Assembly: GCA_036769565.1 (NCBI GenBank)
Contig: DAIPKW010000001.1
Span: forward strand, 44,416-108,415
Origin: Thermodesulfobacteriota bacterium
GTDB lineage: Bacteria > Desulfobacterota > BSN033 > UBA1163
Length of the DNA: 64,000 nt
Direction: 5' to 3'
A program made the position numbers and the translations under genes. The notes beneath the pieces were generated by a model, which saw only the letters and a program-made list of their open reading frames with translations, was not told the DNA's origin and ran no database searches. Below, piece after piece: positions 18,513-27,947 of the stretch; within the stretch, counting starts at the first letter, position 1, and the number at the start of each line of letters is the position of its first letter.

Positions 18513-19271
18513 TTATCTGAAAAACCTTAAGTCATGGATGGAATGAACGACGAGATCAGCCACCTTCTCCAATTCTTCCCTCGGAGTCACACCTCCCTCA
18601 AGAATCCCGATAGTTAATGCAACCCCTGCCCTCTTCCCCATGATCATGTCTGTTACCGAATCCCCTACCATCACCGTCTCATGGGGAGAAACCGAGAGCT
18701 TTCGACAGATGGTGAAGATCGTTTCAGGATGGGGTTTGGCCGGGTTCACCTCTCCCCAGCAGAGGACCATATCGAATAAAGTATCCATTCTGAGGTGATT
18801 AAGAATTGCTTCTGTATCTTTACGCTCATCATTCGTTGCCAGGGCTGTTTGAAATCCAATCTTCTTAAGTTGAGAGAGGAAATCTTGAATGCCTTCAATT
18901 TGGACAACATTCTTCCGCCAATCATCATCTCCGTCTGCTTCATCAAAGGCCTGAGCAACCCATTGTTTTGCTTCATCCCAAGGGTATCCATGCTGATAAA
19001 GCGCCATCGTCCCAATAATGATCTCATCCGACCGAGGGGAAACGGGACAGGGCCCCCTTGGATCGACCTCTCCACTAACCGGATCGATTCCCCATGATCT
19101 TAGGAGAAAGGCTTCCAACTCCCCGTCCTTCCCCAGCCTTTTTAAAACAGAAGAGACCCGCTTTCGGATCAAAGGGATCCAGGTTGCAGAAAAATCGATC
19201 AGCGTTCCATCCTTATCAAAAATGATTAAACGACATGGAACCTTTTTCTCTCTATGGAATATGCCTGTCAT
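18513..19271 (-). CDS. HAD superfamily hydrolase, subfamily IA
   Basis: Motif I IIFDKDGTLIDF and motif IV VGDSVTDMIMGKRAG. The canonical DxDGT argues against PhnX, which has DWAGT. Confidence 0.7.
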   Translation of the reverse strand: MTGIFHREKKVPCRLIIFDKDGTLIDFSATWIPLIRKRVSSVLKRLGKDGELEAFLLRSWGIDPVSGEVDPRGPCPVSPRSDEIIIGTMALYQHGYPWDEAKQWVAQAFDEADGDDDWRKNVVQIEGIQDFLSQLKKIGFQTALATNDERKDTEAILNHLRMDTLFDMVLCWGEVNPAKPHPETIFTICRKLSVSPHETVMVGDSVTDMIMGKRAGVALTIGILEGGVTPREELEKVADLVVHSIHDLRFFR

Positions 19272-19373
19272 CTCTCAGCCACCTATCCATGGCCTTATCA
19301 TAAAAGAGACTTGCAATCAATTCAATCTCTATTATAAAGTTATGAGTCAAAACGTCCGAAACGGAGATCAGAA

Positions 19374-21305
19374 ATGAGCGGAAAACGATTTCAGTCTGAA
19401 ACAATGGATGAAGCATCGATCAAGAAACTTGCAGCATTAGCCAGGTTGGCCCGGGGTGATATCTTGAAGATGACGACCCTGGCCGGCTCCGGTCATCCTG
19501 GCGGATCCATGTCATCCATTGATTTCTATCTCGTCCTCTACTCCTATGCCAATATCGATCCCAAACATCCAGACGATCCAGACAGAGACCGAATTATAAT
19601 CAGCCATGGTCACACCTCTCCGGGAGTCTATGCCGCCCTTGGGAGGACGGGTTTCTTTCCGATCGAAACCGCCATTGTCAACTTCCGTAAAGCGGGTAGC
19701 CCTTTTGAGGGCCATGTGGAAAAAGGAATTCCAGGACTGGAATGGAATACCGGTAATCTCGGTCAGGGGCTCTCGGCAGGATGCGGTTTCGCCTTAGGTG
19801 CAAAGGTCCTTATGAAGGATTTCCATGTCTTTGTCGCCATGGGTTGTGGAGAACAGCAGAAAGGCCAGATCAGCGAAGCCAGGCGCTTTGCCATCAAATA
19901 TGGTCTTGATAATCTTACCGTGATTATTGACTACAACAAAAGGCAGATCAGCGGGATCACTGGAGAGATCATGCCCCAGAATATCGCTAAAAATTTTGAA
20001 TCGGATGGATGGCGAGTGCTTGAAATTGACGGCCACCAATTTCAGGAGATCTATTCTGCCTTTCGGGAAGGCCTCTTTTCAAAATATCCCACAGCCATCA
20101 TTGCCCATACAGTGATGGGAAAAGGGGTCTCCTTCATGGAAGGGAAAGAGGATTTTCACGGTAGAGCTTTGAACATGGACGAGTATCAGAAAGCGATTCA
20201 AGAACTCGGCGTGGAGGACGATTTAGATCATTATCGTCAACGACGTGAGGGGAATACCCTCCCTTATGAAGGAAGGAAATATTCAATCCCGCCTCTCCAT
20301 ATTCAACCCGGAACTCCAAGGGATTATGGAAAGGATGTGAAGACCGATAATCGCTCTGCCTTCGGAAACGCTCTGGTTGATCTGGCAAAAGCCAATCTCT
20401 GTCAGGACGGTACCCTTCCGATCGTCGTCTTCGATTGCGACCTGGCTCCCTCGACAAAGACAACCGCCTTTGCCAAACAATTTCCAAACCATTTCTTCCA
20501 GGGCGGAATCCAGGAGCATCATACGGCCACACTTGCTGGAGCAATCTCTACTCTCGGCCTCCTCTCATTCTTCGCGGACTTCGGGGTCTTCGGCATTGAT
20601 GAAACCTATAATCAGCACCGGCTCAATGATATCAATGAGACGAATCTGAAATTGATCTGTACGCATAATGGCCTTGATGTGGGTGAGGATGGGAAAACGC
20701 ATCAATGTATTGATTATATTGGCATCATGAGAAATCTCTTTGGGTACAGGATCATCATTCCGGCGGATCCCAATCAGACGGACCGTGTGATTCGATATAT
20801 TGCAAAGGCAGAAGGAAACTTTCTGATAGCCATGGGGCGCTCCCCAATACCCACTATCCTTACAGAAGATGGAATCCCCTACTTTGCAACACCTTATGAG
20901 TTCCAATATGGGAAGGCAGATCTGATACGAAATGGAGATCAGGCCTCCATCGTTACCACAGGCAGCATGGTCTTCAGGGCAGTGGAGGCATGGAGGAAAT
21001 TGAAAGAGAAGGGAGTGGAAGTCCAGGTCCTCAATATCTCGTGTTTGAGCGATCTCGATCTTGATGCCATTCTCAAAGCCGCACATACTGGAAGACTGAT
21101 CACCTATGAAGACCATCATGTGCAGACTGGTCTGGGAAGCCTCATCGCCAATGTTATTGCAGAACATGGTTTGCCAGTTCGCCTCCGTAAATTGGGAATC
21201 ACCCGATATGGTAGCTCTGGGAAACCAGAGGACCTCTACCGGATGCAGGGGCTTGATGTGGATAGCCTTGTGAATGTTGTCATGGAAGAAGTCGAAGGGA
21301 TTTAG
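19374..21305 (+). CDS. tkt: Transketolase
   Basis: 643 aa. GSGHPGGSMS thiamine-diphosphate motif, SHGH, central pyrimidine-binding and C-terminal domains. The alternative start at 19404 is also possible. Confidence 0.8.
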   Translation: MSGKRFQSETMDEASIKKLAALARLARGDILKMTTLAGSGHPGGSMSSIDFYLVLYSYANIDPKHPDDPDRDRIIISHGHTSPGVYAALGRTGFFPIETAIVNFRKAGSPFEGHVEKGIPGLEWNTGNLGQGLSAGCGFALGAKVLMKDFHVFVAMGCGEQQKGQISEARRFAIKYGLDNLTVIIDYNKRQISGITGEIMPQNIAKNFESDGWRVLEIDGHQFQEIYSAFREGLFSKYPTAIIAHTVMGKGVSFMEGKEDFHGRALNMDEYQKAIQELGVEDDLDHYRQRREGNTLPYEGRKYSIPPLHIQPGTPRDYGKDVKTDNRSAFGNALVDLAKANLCQDGTLPIVVFDCDLAPSTKTTAFAKQFPNHFFQGGIQEHHTATLAGAISTLGLLSFFADFGVFGIDETYNQHRLNDINETNLKLICTHNGLDVGEDGKTHQCIDYIGIMRNLFGYRIIIPADPNQTDRVIRYIAKAEGNFLIAMGRSPIPTILTEDGIPYFATPYEFQYGKADLIRNGDQASIVTTGSMVFRAVEAWRKLKEKGVEVQVLNISCLSDLDLDAILKAAHTGRLITYEDHHVQTGLGSLIANVIAEHGLPVRLRKLGITRYGSSGKPEDLYRMQGLDVDSLVNVVMEEVEGI

Positions 21306-21434
21306 AACAAGAATAACCAATCACCCAGCACCAATTACCAAATAATAATCAATTTTCCAAACATGGTATTGTTTGGTTATTGGAAATTGAAATTTATTTG
21401 GAGCTTGGAATTTGGTTATTGGTGATTAAGGTTT

Positions 21435-22454
21435 ATGGACATTCTCATCTTCGATATGGATGGGGTTTTGATTGATGTGACGCAGTCTTACCGTAGAACC
21501 ATCCAGAAGACCATTCATATCTATCTTGAACAATGTCTTGGGCTAAAGGCAAATCGGGTCTCCCCAGAAGACATCTCTCTCTTCAAGTCTGCAGGAGGAT
21601 TTAATAACGATTGGGACCTTACTTCAGGATTCCTTCTCTATCTGCTTTCTACCTCAAAAGTCCATCCCCTCCCAGTAAAGAAGTTCTCTTCCTTGGACAA
21701 AATCGTACTCCATCTTCGACAGCAGCTAACCGGATTCCGTCAAAGAAGACCTGTCTCTTTGAAAAGGAATCACCTTTCTTCTTTTTTGGAGCAGGTGAGG
21801 ATATCCGGAGGAGGATTGAAGGGGATTCGGTCTGTTCTCGACAGATGTTGGGATGGGTGGATCTACCGATCCGGAAATCTCGCCAAAGAAAACCTTATAA
21901 AACGGATCTTTCAAGAGATCTACCTCGGCGAAAAATTTTCTTCCCTTTATCACCTTCCTTGCCTTTTCTACCATGGAAAGGGGCTATTTCTGCGAGAGAA
22001 ACTTCTCATTGAAAGAAATGTTCTTGCATCCCTTCGGAGAAAGATGCGATTGGGAATTGCCAGCGGTCGTCCAAAATTCGAAGCGGAGCTTGCCCTGAAG
22101 CGATTCCGGATCTTCCCATACTTCGATAGTGTGGTCACCCTCGACGAATGCGAACAAGAGGAAGCGAAAATCTTCAAAGAAACCCGTAGGAAGATCAGGC
22201 TCTCAAAACCCCACCCCTTTTCCATTCTCAAAGCGATCGAGGAGATCGGCATTCCAAATCCCCAATGCGGATATGTCGGTGATGTGGTCGATGATGTGTT
22301 GGCAGCTCAGAGGGCAAAAAAGAAGGTGCGGATGCTTGCCATCGGTTTTGCCGTAGATGGAGGGAATAAAAAGAGAGCCAGAGAAACTCTGTTAAAAGCT
22401 GGGGCTGATTACGTCATTGAAAACCCCCAACAACTCCTTGATCTCGCCGTTTAA
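21435..22454 (+). CDS. HAD superfamily hydrolase with large cap insertion
   Basis: Motif I IFDMDGVLID and motif IV GYVGDVVDDVLAAQRA, with an insertion of about 200 aa between them. Confidence 0.6.
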   Translation: MDILIFDMDGVLIDVTQSYRRTIQKTIHIYLEQCLGLKANRVSPEDISLFKSAGGFNNDWDLTSGFLLYLLSTSKVHPLPVKKFSSLDKIVLHLRQQLTGFRQRRPVSLKRNHLSSFLEQVRISGGGLKGIRSVLDRCWDGWIYRSGNLAKENLIKRIFQEIYLGEKFSSLYHLPCLFYHGKGLFLREKLLIERNVLASLRRKMRLGIASGRPKFEAELALKRFRIFPYFDSVVTLDECEQEEAKIFKETRRKIRLSKPHPFSILKAIEEIGIPNPQCGYVGDVVDDVLAAQRAKKKVRMLAIGFAVDGGNKKRARETLLKAGADYVIENPQQLLDLAV

Positions 22455-22489
22455 CCCTCGATAACCGGATCGGACAGGGATATGAGCTA

Positions 22490-22533
22490 TTGACAATCCT
22501 CACCATTATCCCTTATAACCTGTCTATACAGGT
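22490..22533 (+). promoter_or_regulatory. pit promoter (TTGACA-17-TTATAA) with site C of the palindrome ACCTGTCTATACAGGT overlapping the -10/+1 region
   Basis: TTGACA at 22490-22495, TTATAA at 22513-22518, palindrome at 22518-22533. Confidence 0.5.
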
Positions 22534-22695
22534 AAACCTCTTTAGGAAGTCTATGACTTTCAAAAAGTCTCGTTTACACCCAAAAAGAAGTTTGGCTTCG
22601 CACGGGGCAAGCAACAGAACTTTCTAAAGGGAGGAATGGCTTTGGACAGGGGGTTTTAGATCGAAACTTCGATTTTATTTGCAGTCATCTTAGTC

Positions 22696-23685
22696 GTGGG
22701 CTTGGCTCTTTTCTTCGATTACTCGAACGGTTTCCATGACGCCGCCAATGTGGTCGCCACCATCATTGCCACGGGAGCGATGGGGCCCCGAAGCGCCCTG
22801 GGGCTTGCAGCGATTGCCCATTTTATCGGACCTTTCCTCCTTGGCACGGCCGTGGCTCAGACGATTGGTAAAGGAATCATTGATATCTCGGCTTTCGATC
22901 CAAACCTGATCGGAATTTCGATCTCCCTGGTCATAGCCGCACTGATTGGCGCCATCGCCTGGAATCTGATCACCTGGGCCTGGGGGCTTCCCTCCAGCTC
23001 CTCCCATGCCCTCGTGGGTGGAATGATCGGCGCCGTCCTGATCGCTTATGGACCGGATAAAGTCATCTGGAAGGGCCTTCTCTATGTGGTCTCCGTCTTA
23101 ATCTTCACTCCCGTTTTAGGTCTGATTTTTGGCACTCTGTTTCTGAGGATCACTTTTCGCCTTTCCCATAAGGCACCTCCTCAGATATCCCATTTTTTTA
23201 ACCGAATTCAAATATTCTCCTCTGTGGCCCTCTCCCTAAGTCATGGTGCTAATGATGCTCAGAAATCGATGGGCCTCATCACCATGTCTCTCGTTATCCT
23301 CGGAGTTTTCCCGGATTTTCATATTCCTTTCTGGGTGATCGCCAGCTGTGCGGCTGCTATTGCTTTGGGCACAGCGAGCGGTGGTTGGCGAATCATCAAA
23401 ACCTTAGGCTCAAAGATCTACCATCTGAGATCAGTCCATGCCTTCTGCGCTCAGACCAGTTCAGCCATCGTCATCCTGACGGCAGCACTCTTAGGGGGAC
23501 CTGTGTCAACAACGCATGTCGTCTCCTCAAGCATTATGGGCGTAGGTGCTGGTCAAAGACTCTCTGCCGTTCGGTGGGGAGTAGCCAAGAATATCATTCT
23601 GGCTTGGTTCATCACCATCCCTGCCTCAGCAGTCATGGCAGGACTCAGTTTCTATTTGATCAGGATGGCGCATCCGAGTTTTTAA
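22696..23685 (+). CDS. pit: Inorganic phosphate transporter, PiT family. The N-terminus is interrupted by an in-frame TAG (see findings)
   Basis: NGFHDAANVVAT and GANDAQKSMG PiT signature repeats. The in-frame upstream segment MALDRGF-TAG-IETSILFAVILVVG encodes the expected TM1. The ORF as called starts at GTG 22696. Confidence 0.8.
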   Translation: MGLALFFDYSNGFHDAANVVATIIATGAMGPRSALGLAAIAHFIGPFLLGTAVAQTIGKGIIDISAFDPNLIGISISLVIAALIGAIAWNLITWAWGLPSSSSHALVGGMIGAVLIAYGPDKVIWKGLLYVVSVLIFTPVLGLIFGTLFLRITFRLSHKAPPQISHFFNRIQIFSSVALSLSHGANDAQKSMGLITMSLVILGVFPDFHIPFWVIASCAAAIALGTASGGWRIIKTLGSKIYHLRSVHAFCAQTSSAIVILTAALLGGPVSTTHVVSSSIMGVGAGQRLSAVRWGVAKNIILAWFITIPASAVMAGLSFYLIRMAHPSF

Positions 23686-23699
23686 AGAAAAGGAGTAAA

Positions 23700-24332
23700 A
23701 TGATGGTATTCGATTTTCTCAGAAGAAAGAAACCTTTTTCAGGCAGTGAGAATCGCTTCTTCGATCTGCTTTCCCGGCAATCTGCTAAAAGCATCGAAGG
23801 GCTGGAAGCCCTTGCCAATTATGCTGAAAATGGGACGAAGGAAAATGCCAACTTGGTTCGGAATATTGAAAGGGAGGCGGATGAACTGAGGCGGATTTTG
23901 ATCCAGGAACTGGATCAGACGTTTATCACGCCCATCGACCGGGAGGACATCTATCAGCTCTCACGGGCAATTGATGATGTCGTGGACTATGCGAATACAA
24001 CGGTCGATGAAATGGAAATTTACGAGGTCAAGGGAGATTCTCACATAAAAGAGATGGTCAATATCCTCCGTAAAGCGGCACGGGAGCTAAACGATGCGGT
24101 CAAAATCCTTAAAGATTATCCCAAGATCGCCTCGGAACATGCTGTCAAAGCCAAGTCCTACGAAAACCAGATGGAGAAAGCCTACCACGTGGCGCTCGCT
24201 GAGCTCTTTAAGGGAACCGATACGGTCTATATGCTGAAGATGCGAGAGATTTATCGCCATCTTAGCAATGCCGCTGACCGGGGGGATGAGGCGGCCAACA
24301 TCATCTCCAGCATCGTGATGAAACACACTTAA
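23700..24332 (+). CDS. DUF47 family protein (PhoU-like partner of PiT transporters)
   Basis: 210 aa. AAGGAG RBS then ATG at 23700. Helical PhoU-like protein immediately downstream of pit, a conserved pairing. Confidence 0.75.
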   Translation: MMVFDFLRRKKPFSGSENRFFDLLSRQSAKSIEGLEALANYAENGTKENANLVRNIEREADELRRILIQELDQTFITPIDREDIYQLSRAIDDVVDYANTTVDEMEIYEVKGDSHIKEMVNILRKAARELNDAVKILKDYPKIASEHAVKAKSYENQMEKAYHVALAELFKGTDTVYMLKMREIYRHLSNAADRGDEAANIISSIVMKHT

Positions 24333-24365
24333 TCGTCGGCCTGTCAGAATCTCATTCCAACAGCA

Positions 24366-24405
24366 TAAAAAAGCCCGATAAGGGATTCCTTTATCGGGCT
24401 TTTTC
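24366..24405. terminator. Bidirectional rho-independent terminator between convergent genes
   Basis: Perfect 10-bp stem AGCCCGATAA/TTATCGGGCT with a 9-nt loop, flanked by AAAAA and TTTTT. Confidence 0.7.
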
Positions 24406-24423
24406 TACGATGGGCTCACTTCA

Positions 24424-25332
24424 TCAATTTAAAATATATCTCATCGGATTCACTGGAATTCCGTTCAATCTGACTTCATAATGGAGATGGGGACCTGTCG
24501 TCTTTCCACTTGTCCCGATCTCTGCAATCTTATCCCCTCGTTTCACTTTCTGCCCCACTTTAACCAGCACCTTGTTGAGATGGCTATACCGGGTTGTCAT
24601 CCCGAACCCATGGGAAATGACGAGGAACCTTCCATGGACCCAATCGCTTCCGATATCGGAGACAAAGCCATTTGCAGGAGCTATCACAATCGTTCCTACC
24701 CTGTTGGAAATATCAATCCCCTCATGCATCTGAGTCAAACCTGTAAAAGGGTTGGTCCGGAATCCAAAATCGGAGGTCACCCATCCCTGGGCTGGCCAGA
24801 TGGAAGGGGTATGCGCAAGCATCTCCTGCTTGGTTAATAGGACTTTTTCGAGTTCGGAGAGACTGGTCTCCTGAGATACCACCTCTGATTGGAGGCGCTC
24901 CACATCGATCTTCATCTGCTGAACCAGCCCCTTATCATCCTTCTCCCCTTTCAATTTCTCTCTTAAATCCGAGGGTGATGGTCCACCCAATCCCATCACC
25001 GGTGTGGAGTCCTGACTTTTATCGAGATTGGCAATGATCCGAATGCGCTTGTCAAAATCTTTCAGCTTAGAGACCTGCTTTTCTAACTCCTCAATTTTTG
25101 AAGAGAAGAAATGGATCTGAGACCTTTGTATTTCCGTCTGTTGACGCAACCGTGCCACCTCATAGGCCTTCTTCTTCACCTGGATATAATCACAAAAGAA
25201 AAAGGTTACAGAGAGAATGGCAAAAGCAAAGAGGTAGAAGCCAATCTTAATGGTCTTTTTTCGGATCTTCAGATGCCTGGTCTTCGATGTTTTGTGGCCG
25301 AAGATGAGAATGGTGATGTGATCCTGATCCAA
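24424..25332 (-). CDS. M23 family metallopeptidase with N-terminal coiled coil (EnvC/NlpD-like)
   Basis: C-terminal HEGIDI...GTSG.TTGPHLHYEVR M23 motifs, N-terminal TM segment and coiled coil. Confidence 0.8.
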   Translation of the reverse strand: MDQDHITILIFGHKTSKTRHLKIRKKTIKIGFYLFAFAILSVTFFFCDYIQVKKKAYEVARLRQQTEIQRSQIHFFSSKIEELEKQVSKLKDFDKRIRIIANLDKSQDSTPVMGLGGPSPSDLREKLKGEKDDKGLVQQMKIDVERLQSEVVSQETSLSELEKVLLTKQEMLAHTPSIWPAQGWVTSDFGFRTNPFTGLTQMHEGIDISNRVGTIVIAPANGFVSDIGSDWVHGRFLVISHGFGMTTRYSHLNKVLVKVGQKVKRGDKIAEIGTSGKTTGPHLHYEVRLNGIPVNPMRYILN

Positions 25333-25456
25333 AATTCACCCCTTGTTTCATCAAAGATAGAGATTTAAGCTTTCCCCCAAAGGCTCAATTTTTTTATCAG
25401 ATTTGATCGGCTCTTGTCAAGCTTTTTTTGAGAAAATCGTCATCTTAAATTCCTTT

Positions 25457-26860
25457 TTAATTTCCACTAATTTCAAGACTTTCGATTAAAAGACAAGGTG
25501 AACCAATTTTTCCAAAAAACCTGAAATCACTTCCAACCTCAGCCACCTTCTGAAAAAGCTGATAGAGGTTTCCGGCCATAGCGATCGATTTGACAGGATA
25601 TGCCCTCTCCCCTTTTTCGATCCACTGTCCTGAACAACCCAATGAGAAATCGCCCGATATGGGATCAACAGTATGGATGCCCATGACCTCCTCAATCAGG
25701 ACTCCATGATTTAGGCACTGGACCAACGACGCGAGTGACGATTCTCCGGATTCAATAAAAAAATTTGAAGTTCCCAAACTGGGGGGAGCTTTCAGGCTAT
25801 GTCGCTGGCTATTCCCGGTTGAGGAGACCCTCGATGTTCCAGACCCAAGATTCTCTCGGTTCGCCCAGAACCGATCATAGAGGTACCCCAAAATCTCTCC
25901 TTTAACGACAACAGGGGTCCGTTGAGTTGGCATTCCCTCTCCATCAACCGGTGCGGCGGCTGATCCTATTTCAAACAGACCATCATCCACAATGGAAAGG
26001 ATAGGCGAAAAAAAGATCGTTCCCTTCTTATCCTTCAACACGGATTTGCCTTTCTGCACCTGTTCGGACAGGAAAGCATAGGCTAAGAGTGATAAAAATT
26101 CCGAAGCAATATGATTTTCCAAAATGACTGGATAGGTTCCGGAGGATATCCTCTTCCCACCCAGCCTACTCAATGCCCTTCTCCCAGCTTCCTTACCTAT
26201 TTTCTTGACATCAATCTGGTCAATAAAATGGCTGAAATCGAATTCCCAGCCCATCTCTGACTCTCCGAACTCCTCAGCAATGGCCATGGCACTCGCAGAG
26301 GCAAATGTTGCATCATAAGAGAAACGAAGCCCATTGGAGTTGATCAGGGTCGTTCTCGAAACAGCTTCCTGATAGGAGGCCTTCCTAACCTTCTTAATCC
26401 TCTCTGGATCCACAGATCGGGCCGCTTCTTCCAATTCTCTTGCAAATTCGATCTTACGCTTTTCCGATACCTGCATTAGGTTGGGATCGAAGATCGCCAA
26501 GATGGGAGGTTCCTTCTCCAAGGCAGGCGTAAAATCGAAACAGGGGTCTGAAGTGGTTACTTCCGCGCTTGACACGGCATCTCCAATAAGACGTTCCAGG
26601 CTCTTGCTACTTCTCCCTGAAGAAGAGACATCAGGAGAGGTGGTATAAGAGAAGCCTATTCGGCCTCGATTCAAAATTCGAATGGCCATTCCCCATGACC
26701 GAGAGGCTTGAAGGGTATCCACTTTCCCATCCTTCGATTCCACCTCAAAATGGGAAGATTCGGCCGAACAGATCTCGTATCCATCCACCGATTGCTTGCG
26801 GAGAAGCGTCAAGGTCTGGTCGATGATCCGATCAACATCTCCCATATCTTCATAACCCAT
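25457..26860 (-). CDS. TldD/PmbA family metalloprotease
   Basis: 467 aa with a TldD/PmbA-like fold signature including the C-terminal GxC motif region. Confidence 0.7.
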   Translation of the reverse strand: MGYEDMGDVDRIIDQTLTLLRKQSVDGYEICSAESSHFEVESKDGKVDTLQASRSWGMAIRILNRGRIGFSYTTSPDVSSSGRSSKSLERLIGDAVSSAEVTTSDPCFDFTPALEKEPPILAIFDPNLMQVSEKRKIEFARELEEAARSVDPERIKKVRKASYQEAVSRTTLINSNGLRFSYDATFASASAMAIAEEFGESEMGWEFDFSHFIDQIDVKKIGKEAGRRALSRLGGKRISSGTYPVILENHIASEFLSLLAYAFLSEQVQKGKSVLKDKKGTIFFSPILSIVDDGLFEIGSAAAPVDGEGMPTQRTPVVVKGEILGYLYDRFWANRENLGSGTSRVSSTGNSQRHSLKAPPSLGTSNFFIESGESSLASLVQCLNHGVLIEEVMGIHTVDPISGDFSLGCSGQWIEKGERAYPVKSIAMAGNLYQLFQKVAEVGSDFRFFGKIGSPCLLIESLEISGN

Positions 26861-26897
26861 CTTTTAATCACCAATTTCGAATCTCACAAAACCAGCA

Positions 26898-27932
26898 TCA
26901 CCATCTTATCAAACTGCTGCCCCAAGTAAGACCTCCTCCAAAGCCTGTGAGGATGACATGGTCTCCTTTTTGAATCGATCCGCTTCGGACCGCTTCATCC
27001 AAGGCAATTGGGATGGTGGCCGAGGAAATATTTCCGTATTTCTCAATGGTGAGATAGACTTTCTCCATGGAAATACCGAGTCGTTTAGCCATCTGTTGAA
27101 GGATTCGAATATTGGCCTGGTGGGGAATGATCCACTTTGCATCAGAGACCTCAATACCATTACTGGACGCAGCCTCCTCGGCTGCCTCGGCAAATCGTTT
27201 TACAGCGACCCGAACCGACTCATTGGCTTTGATCATCTTCAATGTATGAAGCTTCTTATCAACGCTCTCATAACTAATAGGAGTCGTCCTCGAACCGCCT
27301 CCGGGCATGAGAAGATTCTCTCCGTTCTTGCCATCCGAATGGATGTGGATGGAAAGAATCTCTCCCATCATCCGTCCCGGGTTGGAGTGATGGAGGCTAT
27401 GCTCCGATTGATCAAATGACCTCAGCAATGCAGCTCCGGCACCATCTCCCCAAAGAATGCAATTTTCTCGATCGGTCCAATCTTGACATCGGCTCATCAC
27501 TTCAGAGGCAACGACCAAACAGTTTTTAAACGCTCCGGTCTTCAGATATTGTTCCGCCACTGACAGGCCGAAGATGAACCCGCAGCAAGCCGCTGTGATG
27601 TCGAAAGAGACCGCTTTCTGAGCGCCCAATTTGGCTTCCAACCAGTTGGCTCCTGATGGACAACACGTATCCGGAGTAATGGTAGCCATTACGATGAGCT
27701 CCAAATCTTTTGCTGAGATCCCAGCCATCTCCATGGCCCGCAAAGAGGCTTCCCTGGCAAGGTCTGAAGTATTGACATCGGGATCTGCAATTCTTCGTTC
27801 CCGAACTCCGGTCCGTTGATAAATCCACTCGTCGCTTGTGTTCAAAACTTTCTCAAGATCAAAATTGCTGAGGACCCTTTCCGGCAAATAGGATCCCGTT
27901 CCTACAATTCCGATTCTCCTTCCGCTCATCAA
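26898..27932 (-). CDS. fabH: 3-oxoacyl-ACP synthase III
   Basis: GSYLPERV...TSDEWI..RTGI..R, active-site Cys in AACCGF, and the C-terminal His/Asn region. Confidence 0.85.
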   Translation of the reverse strand: MMSGRRIGIVGTGSYLPERVLSNFDLEKVLNTSDEWIYQRTGVRERRIADPDVNTSDLAREASLRAMEMAGISAKDLELIVMATITPDTCCPSGANWLEAKLGAQKAVSFDITAACCGFIFGLSVAEQYLKTGAFKNCLVVASEVMSRCQDWTDRENCILWGDGAGAALLRSFDQSEHSLHHSNPGRMMGEILSIHIHSDGKNGENLLMPGGGSRTTPISYESVDKKLHTLKMIKANESVRVAVKRFAEAAEEAASSNGIEVSDAKWIIPHQANIRILQQMAKRLGISMEKVYLTIEKYGNISSATIPIALDEAVRSGSIQKGDHVILTGFGGGLTWGSSLIRW

Positions 27933-27947
27933 TCTATCCCTCTCTGA

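Noticed and set aside
18513-19271. HAD hydrolase as PhnX (phosphonoacetaldehyde hydrolase), completing a 2-aminoethylphosphonate pathway with the ABC transporter
   Set aside because: Motif I is the canonical DxDGT (FDKDGT), not the DWAGT characteristic of PhnX, and no class V PhnW aminotransferase is present.
20565-21320. A 251-aa ORF antisense to transketolase, and similar long antisense ORFs (53674-54348, 16538-16942 and others)
   Set aside because: They lie entirely inside well-supported genes on the opposite strand and show no recognisable motifs. They are typical spurious antisense frames.
24424-25456. Plus-strand hairpin AGCTTTcccccAAAGGCT followed by T-run near 25370-25395, as a terminator
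   Set aside because: No plus-strand gene ends there. The region is better read as the promoter region of the minus-strand M23 peptidase gene.
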